Assembly (NCBI GenBank): GCA_050950285.1
Contig: JBMNHG010000006.1
Span: 293,167-357,166, forward strand
Direction: 5' to 3'
Source: Kiritimatiellia bacterium
GTDB taxonomy: Bacteria > Verrucomicrobiota > Kiritimatiellia > RFP12 > JBMNHG01
Length of the DNA stretch: 64,000 nt
The notes under the pieces were generated by a model. It was not told the origin of the DNA. It did no database searches and saw only the letters and a list, made by a program, of their open reading frames with translations. Shown one piece after another: positions 1 to 9,570 of the stretch. The position numbers were made by a program, and so were the translations under genes. Numbering within the stretch: position 1 is the stretch's first letter; every line of letters starts with the position of its first letter.

Positions 1-755
1 TCACAGCCGATGAAGAGGCCGCCGCAACCATCGTTGGAGGCATTCTCCAGGTCAAGGTTGCGGACGATCGTGCAGTTCTCGATCGTGGGGGTGTACATGG
101 CGAAGATGCCGCCGCCCCCGATGTGCCCTTGCACGCCGGTGCATTCGTTCGCCGCCACGAGGCACGAGCGGACGGCTCCCCCGTAGGCCGCGATGCCGCC
201 GCCCGCGCCACTTCCGCCATTGCCGCCAAGGGCCCGGCATCGGACCACGATGCATCCGTCGACGAGGCCGTTGCCGATGAAGATGCCGCCGCCGAAGCCT
301 TCGGCCGCCGTGCAGGCGGTGACGATGCACCGCTCGACGATGCCATCGTCCAGGCGCACGCCGCCGCCGTGGTCGCCGGCGGCGACCCAGCCATTCGTGA
401 CGGTGAAGCCGGAGACGACCGCGTCGGGGTGGCTCACGGCGAGCACGCGGACCTGGCCTTGTCCATCGAGAATCGTCGCTCCCGCGCCTTCGACGCTGCG
501 GAGCGCGATCGCGTCGGCGATCGAGATGGTCGAGGAAAGGCTGTAGGTGCCGTTCGTGACGAGCACGGTATCCGCGCCGTTCGCGGCGGCATACGAGACC
601 GCCGTCGCGACGTCGCCGCAGGCGTTCGCCCAGGAATCGTAGGGCGCCGCCGGAGCGGCGGCATTCGCGCGGACGTGCACGGTCGCGGCCAACGCCACGC
701 CTGTGCCCGACAGGAACACCATGGAAAGAACAAGCGCTTTGACTCTGCTGATCAT
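1..755 (-). CDS. Secreted right-handed parallel beta-helix (pectin-lyase-fold) repeat protein, partial (3' end runs off the window)
   Basis: Not in the ORF track because it has no stop in the window. Manual translation from ATG at 755 (GAGGT RBS upstream) gives MISRVKALVLSMVFLSGTGVALAATVHVRANAAAPAAPYDSWANA...DTVLVTNGTY...GFTVTNG...GGGVRL...GGGIF...IENCTIVRN: a signal peptide followed by GGG-I/C-x-I repeats typical of beta-helix surface proteins. Confidence 0.8.
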   Translation of the reverse strand, partial: MISRVKALVLSMVFLSGTGVALAATVHVRANAAAPAAPYDSWANACGDVATAVSYAAANGADTVLVTNGTYSLSSTISIADAIALRSVEGAGATILDGQGQVRVLAVSHPDAVVSGFTVTNGWVAAGDHGGGVRLDDGIVERCIVTACTAAEGFGGGIFIGNGLVDGCIVVRCRALGGNGGSGAGGGIAAYGGAVRSCLVAANECTGVQGHIGGGGIFAMYTPTIENCTIVRNLDLENASNDGCGGLFIGC

Positions 756-878
756 GGGGACCTCACGTTGGTTCCCCCATTATGGCACAGGTGCAAGCCG
801 TTGTAAATTGCCGCCAATCGAGGCGCGGGCGCGCGTGGCACGGGGTGCGGTTGCGACGCGTCGAAATTCCGCATCCGC

Positions 879-2020
<1,142 letters not shown>

Positions 2021-2041
2021 GCGTTTCGCAACTCATGCCCC

Positions 2042-2082
2042 AAAAACGGCGCGCCGCTTTTTTCGCGGCGCGCCGTTTTTTT
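2042..2082. terminator. Bidirectional terminator-like hairpin built from two CGGCGCGCCG palindromes (dispersed repeat family)
   Basis: AAAAACGGCGCGCCGC-TTTTTTC-GCGGCGCGCCGTTTTTTT between the convergent gap and 2132..4996 genes. Confidence 0.7.
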
Positions 2083-2131
2083 CTCGGACGATCCGCGGGC
2101 GGCGTCCCCCGCCCCGCCGGCGAAAGTCCGG

Positions 2132-4996
2132 CTAGAATTCGAACGCGCCCCACGCGGAGGGATCGACGCGGGCTTCGGAGGGGATGTCGGAGACCTCCTG
2201 TCCGCCGGCGTCGAAGAGGTACTGGCGCCGGACGACGCGGGTGCCGGAGGGGTCGCCGAAGAGGACGCCCGCATCGCATCGGCGGATTCCGCCCTGGAAG
2301 TCCCCGCGCGGCTCGCCGAGGGCTTCCCAGGGGAGGTCGATGCGGACGCTGTAGCCGCCGGCGCGTCGATGGACGTCGATCTGCGCGTCTGCGATCTCCT
2401 CGATGCCGGCGATGGAGATGCGTCCCGCCGGGGAGACGAACTCCACGGGGGGCTCCGTCGCGGCGGGGTCGACAAAGCGGTAGCGCATCGCCACGACGCG
2501 GTCCTCCATCGGGGCGACGACGATGCGCACGTCGCCGGGGGCGGGGCTGGTTCGCGCGGGGTCCGCGCCTGGATCGCCCTCCCAGCGGAAATCCAGCGCG
2601 TCGCCCGAATGGAACAGCGTGTGGGGGGCGTCTCCGAGGTTCTCGAAGGGCGTGGGGTCCGTCACGTCGTAATGGAGCGTCAGCCGGGACGGCGTCCAGC
2701 CGATGGCGAAGCGCGCGACTGGCTCGTCGTGCGGCATGGGGTACTCCGCGAGCTTCCACCAGTCGCGTCGAAGGCCGAACCCGCCTGCGCAGATGGCCCG
2801 GGCGGGCCCGCGTTCCGCCAGCGGGACGTCCTCGAGGGGCGGAGGAGGTTCGGCGATCGCGATGCTGCCGCCCTCCAGTACGCAGATGGAATCGACGCCG
2901 CGCAGTTCGAGGAGGTTCAGCGAATCCTTGCCCTCGATGAGGTGGGGGATCCCGTCGATGTCGCCGAACCAGCCATAGAAGCACTCGTCCCCGAGCGAAT
3001 GGTGCGAGACATCGAGCCCGCGCACCGCCGCCGGCAGGTCTTGCATCGCGGGGTTCACGCGCATGTCGCCGAAGAGTTCCTGTACGAAGAGACCGTCCTG
3101 CGTGAAGAGGTAGCGGGTGCCCTTGTTGCCGTTGAGGAGCATCAGCCCGCCTGGTCCGGCGGAGGAGAAGCCCTCGATGCCCAGCGTGTGGCGGAGTTCG
3201 CCGCGGCGCGGGATGGGGGAGTTGTGCGTGTTCGACGGGTAGGGGTTGGGGTAGGTCCACAGCGTTTTCCCCTCGCGCGAGATGGCGCCGAAGAGATTGT
3301 CGGGCGAGCCTTGGTTGCCGCAACCGCCGCGATTGACGACGAACGATCGGGCGTCGGGCGCGACGGACAGCGAGCAGACGGCGAGCAGCTCCTCAGGAAG
3401 CGGGATGATTTCGGCGGTTTCGAAGTCGTAGTGGAGGTCGGCGTCGGGCGTCAGGACGGCAAGGGCGCGACGGTCGGCGGTGCGCAGCACGATTTCGAGG
3501 TTTGGGCCCATGCGAAGGCACCATTCCGCGCCGTAGGCGAAGCGGTCGGAGACGGTTTTCACCCCATCCTGCCAAAGGAAGACGCCGCCTGAGGGGTCGA
3601 TGCCGTATTCGATGCGGGGGCGGAGCACGTCGCCGTCGATTTCGCCGACGAAGGTGCACTTGCTGCAGGCCTGGTAGTCCGCGAGGAGGAAGGTCCGTCC
3701 TTGCCAGGTTTGCACGGTGGACGGACAAGGCGGCTTCATGGGGAGTTCGGGATGGGCGTCGGGGTCGAAGAGGATTGCGTCCAGTTCGGCTTCGCTTCGG
3801 TCTTCGTTCCAGCGGAAGCGCATTCCGGAGTAGTAGGCGAAGTCGCCCAGCAGGCTGCCTCCGCCGCCGTAGAAGGGGGTTCCGACGAACTCGCGCACCA
3901 GGGCGCCCTCGCGCGTCCAGACGGAGACGCGCTTGGGGAGGAGGGTGGTTTCCGCGACCCAGACCTGTCCGCGGGCATCGATGGCGACGTCGCCGGGGTG
4001 GCCCATCGCCTCGGGGTCGTAGCGTCCTTCGCGGCGTCCGCCGGGTTTGCCGATGGTGCGGAGGAAGGCGCCGTCGGGCGAGAAGACGCGGATGCACTGG
4101 TCTTGGGCGTTGGTCGCGACGCGATAGAGGTTGCCGTCCGCGTCCGTGGCGACGCCGCGGAGGAGTTTGGCGGAGGGGCGGCGGATGCGCTCCTCGAGGG
4201 TTTCGATGGGTTCGTCGTGGCTCCAGAGCGCGGTATGGCGGTCGAAATAGGAAACGCGGTTCTGGTCGGCAAAGGCGACGGCGATGTGGCCGGGGTCGAG
4301 GAAGAGGCCGGCGATTCCGCGGAAGCGGGAGGAGTCCTCGCGGACGAAGGCGGAGTCGTGGAGGATGTGGCGGCGGGTGACCTCCCGGGGGTTCGGGATC
4401 CAGCGGTAGTGCCGGATGTCGAAGCGGTTCACGGCCATGCGTTCGCCCATCCAGCCGCCTTCTCCGGCGACGAAGAGCGTGTCGCCTTCGGTGCAGATGG
4501 CGTCGGCGCCGGAGAGGCCGAGCCAGAGCGTGCCCCAGAGCTTGTTGCCGTCGAGGTCGCATTGGATGATGGAGTCGCCGGCTTCGGCGATGCGGCAGCC
4601 GAGGTAGACGTGGGTGTCGTCCGCATAGACGCACCACGGGGCGGCGTGGTCCGAGAGCCAGCCGCCGGCGCCGCTGGGACGGAGGTTCCAGCCGCCGGGG
4701 CGGGTGTGCTGCTTCCAGGGGGTGGAGCCGGGCGAATAGAAGGCGCCGAGCCAGTGGGCGGTGATTTCCCGGTCGCGCGCGATGCCGCGCCAGCGGTAGT
4801 CGCCTGCGGGGACGGGGATGCCGCGATCGTCTCGGCCGTCCCAGGGTTCGGAGACGTCGCCCGCCGGACGCGGCGCGTCGGAAACGAGGTTCCGGACGCG
4901 CCGTCCGGACGGGTCTTCGACGACGAGGGTCACGCGCGCGTCGCGGGGAAGCGCGTAGGCGAGCGCCGCGGCGGCGAAAAGGCCGGGGAGGATCAT
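2132..4996 (-). CDS. Uncharacterised FlgD-Ig-like / NHL-type beta-propeller / CBM9-like protein (paralogue 1, 954 aa)
   Basis: The ATG at 4996 overlaps the upstream stop (TGATG). Motifs: VTLVVEDPSGRRVRNL...WDGRDDRGIPVPAGDYRW (FlgD-Ig-like), PGDVAIDARGQVWVAE and PKRVSVW (NHL-like), C-terminal LHYDVTDPTPFEN...GDALDFRW...YSVRIDLPW (CBM9/DOMON-like). Confidence 0.8.
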   Translation of the reverse strand: MILPGLFAAAALAYALPRDARVTLVVEDPSGRRVRNLVSDAPRPAGDVSEPWDGRDDRGIPVPAGDYRWRGIARDREITAHWLGAFYSPGSTPWKQHTRPGGWNLRPSGAGGWLSDHAAPWCVYADDTHVYLGCRIAEAGDSIIQCDLDGNKLWGTLWLGLSGADAICTEGDTLFVAGEGGWMGERMAVNRFDIRHYRWIPNPREVTRRHILHDSAFVREDSSRFRGIAGLFLDPGHIAVAFADQNRVSYFDRHTALWSHDEPIETLEERIRRPSAKLLRGVATDADGNLYRVATNAQDQCIRVFSPDGAFLRTIGKPGGRREGRYDPEAMGHPGDVAIDARGQVWVAETTLLPKRVSVWTREGALVREFVGTPFYGGGGSLLGDFAYYSGMRFRWNEDRSEAELDAILFDPDAHPELPMKPPCPSTVQTWQGRTFLLADYQACSKCTFVGEIDGDVLRPRIEYGIDPSGGVFLWQDGVKTVSDRFAYGAEWCLRMGPNLEIVLRTADRRALAVLTPDADLHYDFETAEIIPLPEELLAVCSLSVAPDARSFVVNRGGCGNQGSPDNLFGAISREGKTLWTYPNPYPSNTHNSPIPRRGELRHTLGIEGFSSAGPGGLMLLNGNKGTRYLFTQDGLFVQELFGDMRVNPAMQDLPAAVRGLDVSHHSLGDECFYGWFGDIDGIPHLIEGKDSLNLLELRGVDSICVLEGGSIAIAEPPPPLEDVPLAERGPARAICAGGFGLRRDWWKLAEYPMPHDEPVARFAIGWTPSRLTLHYDVTDPTPFENLGDAPHTLFHSGDALDFRWEGDPGADPARTSPAPGDVRIVVAPMEDRVVAMRYRFVDPAATEPPVEFVSPAGRISIAGIEEIADAQIDVHRRAGGYSVRIDLPWEALGEPRGDFQGGIRRCDAGVLFGDPSGTRVVRRQYLFDAGGQEVSDIPSEARVDPSAWGAFEF

Positions 4997-7900
4997 CAGC
5001 GGAGGATGAACACGAGGCCGTTCGGGCGGAGTTTGTAGCGCACGATGACGATGCCGCTTCCGCCCTTCCCGATGCCGGAGTTCATGTTGGCGGTGCCGCC
5101 TTCGCCGCCCCCGCCGGAGCCGGTTCCGGCGGTGCCGTCGGTGCCGCTGGCGAGGACGGCGGAGGATCCGGATCCGCTGACGTAGTATCCGCCATGGCCG
5201 CCGAGTTCGGCGCCGCCGCCCATGCCGCCGGAACCGGCGCTGTTGGAGAAGACGCCGCCGCCGCCCCCGCCTGCCGCGTAGTAGCGGGCTTCGCCGAGGA
5301 AGGCGCATGCGATGGCGTCGCCGCCGGAGCCGGAGATGCCGAGCGTGGCGTCCCCGCCCGCGCCGCCCGCGCCGCCGCCGCCGCCGGCCTTGCCGTTGGT
5401 GTCGTTGCCGTTCCAGATTCCGATACCGCCGCCGTGGCCCTGCGCGGCGTCGCCCGCGCCGCCCGCGACCGTCGATCCGGAGATGTTGTATGGGCCGCAA
5501 CCGCCGCCGCCCGATCCGCCGGGGCGACCGGCGCTGCTCCATGCGGAGCCGCCGCCGCCGCCGCCGAGCGCGGTGAAGCCGTTGAAGGTCGTGGGGCTTC
5601 CGTCCGCGCCGGCGGCCTGTCCGCCGGCACCGACCACGACGGGGTACTCGCCGGGCAGGAGGAGGACTTCGTCGAGGAGGAGGACGCCTCCCGCGCCGCC
5701 GCCGCCGCCGCGGACGTTGTTGGCCTTGCCGCCCGCGCCGCCGCCGCCCACGAGGAGGGCTTGCACGCTCATCGGCTCGTAGGCGGTGAAGGTGCCGTTG
5801 GTGGGATAGGTGTGGGTCATCCACTTCACGCCATCGCGGACGGCGAGCTTCTCGCCGCCAGAGGCCTCGCGGATGACCTCCTTGTGGAAATAGCCGTCGT
5901 CGACGCGGCAGACGAGGATCACCATGCCGGAGCCGCCGGTGCCTCCCGCGCCGGCGTTGATGTGGAACCACGAGTTGCAGCCGTTGCCGCCCGCGCCCGT
6001 GCCGGGGGTTCCGTCGGCGCCGGACTTCGCATAGGGCGAGTCCTGTCCGCCGGACGCGCCGCCCGCGCCGCCTGCGCCATAGAGGACGCCATCGTCGAAG
6101 TACGGACACGGCACGCCCGCGCCGCCCGCGCCCGCGGACGAGGCGGCATGGCCACCCGCGCCGCCCGCGCCCGCGCCGCCGCCGCCATAGCCGACGTTGT
6201 TGCCGGCATCGACGCCCGTGCCGCCCGCGAAGAAGCCGTCGGCTTCGGCGCCATCGGGATGGTTGTAGTTTCCGCCGCCGCCGGGGCCGCCTGCGGTCGC
6301 CGATGCGGACTGCCACGCACCCGCGCCGCCGCCGATCGCCTGGAGGCCGAAGGCGTAGGAACTGCCGCCGTTTTCATTCTGCGCGCCGCCCGCGCCGACC
6401 GTGATGACGTAGGGCCGCTTCTCCACGACGACCGCGTCGTTCGAGACAACCGCGCCGCCGCCGCCGCCGCCGCCGCCGCGGGAGAGATAGCCGCCGGATG
6501 CGTAGACCCCCGCATCCCTCGGGAGCGATTCCTTCGCGATGCCGCAACCGCCGCCGCCGCCGCCGCCGCCCACGAGGAAGACCTTCACGGGACCGGCCGA
6601 CGGCGGGGTGAAGAGGCCGGATCCCGGCGTCGAGAAGGAATAGGCAAGCGAACCGTCCGGAAGCACGCGGACGGTGGGCTGGTTCGGGAAATCCTCCGGG
6701 TCGAAGGTGTCGGGGTAGAAGCGGACGAGCACCGCGCCGCAGCCGCCCGCGCCGCCCCAGCCCGCCGAAACGTGCACGTAGGAACTGCCGCCGGCGCCGC
6801 CCTGGCCGTAGCCGTCCGCGCCGGGCGCGCCGCAGTTCAGGACGGGGTCGTTCACTTCGTAGCCGCCGCGGCCTCCATTGCCGCCCGCGCCATACCCCGA
6901 GCTGTTTTCGAGGAAGGGGCACGGAACGCCCGCGCCGCCCGCGCCGAAGGAAGAGGTGGTCGCGTCGCCGCCCGCGCCGCCCGCGCCGCCGCCGCCGCCG
7001 CCGTAGCCCGGCGCATTGTAGGCGGACGAATAGCCCGCGCCACCGGCGTAGCCCTGCGTGGTGCCGCCGACGATCGCCGCGGCGGCGCCATCCGTCCACG
7101 AGTCGCTGCCGTTCATCGCACCCGCGCCGCCGCCGCTGGCGCCCGAGGTGGCATTGAGCCCGATGCGGCCGCCGTGGCCGCCTCCGATCGCCTCGAAGCC
7201 GAAGGCAGACGATGGTCCGCCGTTCTGGTTCTGGGCTCCGCCCGCGCCGACCACGACGGGATAGTCGGTGTCCGCGGCGATGTCGATGCCCGTCTTGTGC
7301 AGGACGCCGCCGCCGCCGCCACCACCGCCGGCACGCACGGAATAGCCGCCGCCGACCTGCTGTCCGCCGCCCGTGAGCGTCTCCATGTAGTTGCCGCCGC
7401 CGCCGCCGCCGCCGCCCACGAGGAAGACGTCCGCCCTGCCGGGGATGGAGGTGCGGAAACAGCCGTTCGAAAGGAAGGTATACACAACCGACCCATCGGG
7501 GAGGACCGCCGTCTTCTCGGGTTCGTAGGCGACGGGCGAGCCCTCCTCCTCCACCGCCTCGAGCGGCGCCAGGCCGTAGCGGAGGTCGAACGAGTTGTCC
7601 TCGGCCGCGAGCGCGACGCCGACCTGCCACTGCCAGGTCAGATGCGCCGTGCGCACGGCGAGCACGTTGTTGCCGGCCAGGAGATGCACGGGCGCCGTGA
7701 CGCCCGTCGCATTCGTCGAGAGAACCTCCTCCCCGTTGAGCCAGACCGTCGTATGGAGCGTGCCCGAGAAGGCGGCCGTGGACAGCGAGAGGGAGGCGTC
7801 GGTCGCCCTCTCCGCGTAGACGTAGCGGAGCGCATAGGCCGCGCCAAAGACGGGATAGGTTGAAACCGCCGAAAGGTCGAGCGAGTCGGAGTTGTCGCCG

Positions 7901-9237
7901 CCCACGTAGCCGACGCTCGGGAAATAGTCCTGCCAGGATGGCGTGCGGGCCGCGTTTGCCGCCTCGATCGCCGCGAAGTCGTCGCCGGCTTCGATGGCGG
8001 CCTCGGTCTCGCATGCGGCGTTCTCGGGGAGGAACGCCCAATGGCCGCCCGCGTTCGACCAGGGCACCGCGACCGGCGTCGAGACGCGCCAGGGCGCGGG
8101 CACGTGGACGGATGCCGTGCGCGCGGCGCCGGACGCGGGCGTCGCGGTGACGGAGAGGGTCGTGGGCGCGTACTCGGCGGGCCCTTCGAGCGTGAAATCG
8201 ACGGACAGCCCGTTCGTCGCGGCTGCGGCCGTTTCGCTCCAGCCCCTCGGAAGCGCGAGGGAGAACGACGCGGACGCTGGAGCCGATTCGCCGGGACGCT
8301 CCACCCAGTTTGCCCGGAGGTGGAAGGCGTAGAGGCCAGGGGCCGCGCCCGCGCCCGTCGCGCGGAGGACGTGCGAAAGCCCGGCGGCGTTGCCGTTCGC
8401 GGCGGCGTCGAGCTGCGCCTGCAAACGGTTGGCGACGAGCCAGGCGGAGGCGTCGGCATGCTGGAAGGCATCGAGGAACGACCGGGCGATGCCGATGTGC
8501 CCGGCGGCGTTCGGATGGACCGTGTCGCTCGTGACGTGGAACCCGGGGGCGAGCGTACGGCCGACGGCGAGGAGGTTCGTCTGGTTCTCCCAGACGGGGA
8601 TGTAGTGGACCGACAGGGCCGGTTGAATCGCGAGACAGGTTGCGTCCGTGGCGAGTTCGGCCACGAGTTCCTGGATCTTCGCGTTCAGCTTCTGGATGAG
8701 CAGGTTCTTCGGGCCGTCCGGATCCTCCGTGCACGGGGGGACCGACCCGAGGTAGAGGTCGAGCGCGGTCGTGCGGCGGACGAGGTTCGTCACGAGCTGG
8801 TAGTAGTTGTCCTTGAACGCCGCAATGGATTCCGGCGTGTCGGCGGTCGAAGGCGCAAGGACGTTGTTCATGCCGAGCAGGACGACCAGCCGGTCCGTCG
8901 GCTGGTCGAGGTTCGGCCCCACGTACACGCCCGGCACATCGAGCGTGGTGGTCGCGTTCTCGCGCGATTCGAACTCGACGTTCCTCCAGCTCTCGACCGT
9001 CTGGCCACTGCCGCCGAGCGCGACGACAACCGGGCGATCGGCCTCCACCCTTGTCGCGGCGTATGCGTCGTCCAGCTGGTTCGCGTATCCATGGGCCGAA
9101 ATCCGGCTTTGCCCCGTGATGGAATCGCCGATGAAGACAATCCGCTCGGCCGCCAACGCCGAGGCGGCGACCCCCATCGCAACCGCGATGCCTGCAAACA
9201 CCTTGAACCGCTTGCCGAAACTCCGTCTCTTTTCCAT
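4996..9237 (-). CDS. Secreted SGNH/GDSL esterase fused to three glycine-rich repeat modules, ending in the tail PNGLVFILR (1413 aa)
   Basis: GGAGGA RBS; signal peptide ending ...AASALA; SGNH blocks IVFIGDSIT, GGSG, LGMNN and DTVHPNAAGH; three repeats of (V/L)FLVGGGGGGG...GGGGGGV...Y.(V/I)xVGAGG...GxGGxGxV(I/L)V. Confidence 0.85.
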   Translation of the reverse strand: MEKRRSFGKRFKVFAGIAVAMGVAASALAAERIVFIGDSITGQSRISAHGYANQLDDAYAATRVEADRPVVVALGGSGQTVESWRNVEFESRENATTTLDVPGVYVGPNLDQPTDRLVVLLGMNNVLAPSTADTPESIAAFKDNYYQLVTNLVRRTTALDLYLGSVPPCTEDPDGPKNLLIQKLNAKIQELVAELATDATCLAIQPALSVHYIPVWENQTNLLAVGRTLAPGFHVTSDTVHPNAAGHIGIARSFLDAFQHADASAWLVANRLQAQLDAAANGNAAGLSHVLRATGAGAAPGLYAFHLRANWVERPGESAPASASFSLALPRGWSETAAAATNGLSVDFTLEGPAEYAPTTLSVTATPASGAARTASVHVPAPWRVSTPVAVPWSNAGGHWAFLPENAACETEAAIEAGDDFAAIEAANAARTPSWQDYFPSVGYVGGDNSDSLDLSAVSTYPVFGAAYALRYVYAERATDASLSLSTAAFSGTLHTTVWLNGEEVLSTNATGVTAPVHLLAGNNVLAVRTAHLTWQWQVGVALAAEDNSFDLRYGLAPLEAVEEEGSPVAYEPEKTAVLPDGSVVYTFLSNGCFRTSIPGRADVFLVGGGGGGGGNYMETLTGGGQQVGGGYSVRAGGGGGGGGVLHKTGIDIAADTDYPVVVGAGGAQNQNGGPSSAFGFEAIGGGHGGRIGLNATSGASGGGAGAMNGSDSWTDGAAAAIVGGTTQGYAGGAGYSSAYNAPGYGGGGGGAGGAGGDATTSSFGAGGAGVPCPFLENSSGYGAGGNGGRGGYEVNDPVLNCGAPGADGYGQGGAGGSSYVHVSAGWGGAGGCGAVLVRFYPDTFDPEDFPNQPTVRVLPDGSLAYSFSTPGSGLFTPPSAGPVKVFLVGGGGGGGGCGIAKESLPRDAGVYASGGYLSRGGGGGGGGAVVSNDAVVVEKRPYVITVGAGGAQNENGGSSYAFGLQAIGGGAGAWQSASATAGGPGGGGNYNHPDGAEADGFFAGGTGVDAGNNVGYGGGGAGAGGAGGHAASSAGAGGAGVPCPYFDDGVLYGAGGAGGASGGQDSPYAKSGADGTPGTGAGGNGCNSWFHINAGAGGTGGSGMVILVCRVDDGYFHKEVIREASGGEKLAVRDGVKWMTHTYPTNGTFTAYEPMSVQALLVGGGGAGGKANNVRGGGGGAGGVLLLDEVLLLPGEYPVVVGAGGQAAGADGSPTTFNGFTALGGGGGGSAWSSAGRPGGSGGGGCGPYNISGSTVAGGAGDAAQGHGGGIGIWNGNDTNGKAGGGGGAGGAGGDATLGISGSGGDAIACAFLGEARYYAAGGGGGGVFSNSAGSGGMGGGAELGGHGGYYVSGSGSSAVLASGTDGTAGTGSGGGGEGGTANMNSGIGKGGSGIVIVRYKLRPNGLVFILR

Positions 9238-9362
9238 GAGAATATCCTCCTGTTCAACCGTTTTCGAGAACGACAACACGATAGCAGAGACGGCCCATCC
9301 GTTCAACCCCCCTTCGTATCCCCCTGAACTGCGGGCCGCGCTCCTTCGGTTACAAGGTCCGC

Positions 9363-9570
9363 ATGAAATGGGGAAAGTACGACCTTGCCGACGAGCCCGG
9401 TGTTCTCAAGCGCGTGGAAGTGCGTCTGATCGAGGATTGCGAGCGTCCCCGTTTTGACATCCTTCTGGAGCGGAAGCATTACCTGTGCAGCGCCAGGATG
9501 GTCGGCCGGACGCTGCGGTATGTCGCGGAGCCCGACGGCAAATGGGTCGCGCCGGCATGCTTCAGCGCGG
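9363..9570 (+). mobile_element. Truncated DUF4338-domain (transposase-associated) gene fragment, probable IS remnant
   Basis: VEVRLIEDCERPRFDILLERKHYL...VGRTLRYVAE..GKWVA...FSAA resembles the N-terminus of DUF4338 IS proteins. Similarity stops where the convergent 9562..11553 gene ends. Confidence 0.6.

Noticed and set aside
4997..6316. Arg-rich N-terminal extension of ORF 2132..6316
   Set aside because: It is an alternate frame of the glycine-rich gene. The real start is the ATG at 4996 coupled to the upstream stop.
5030..7420. (GCC)n tracts as microsatellites or contingency repeats
   Set aside because: They encode in-frame polyglycine runs within the repeated protein modules.
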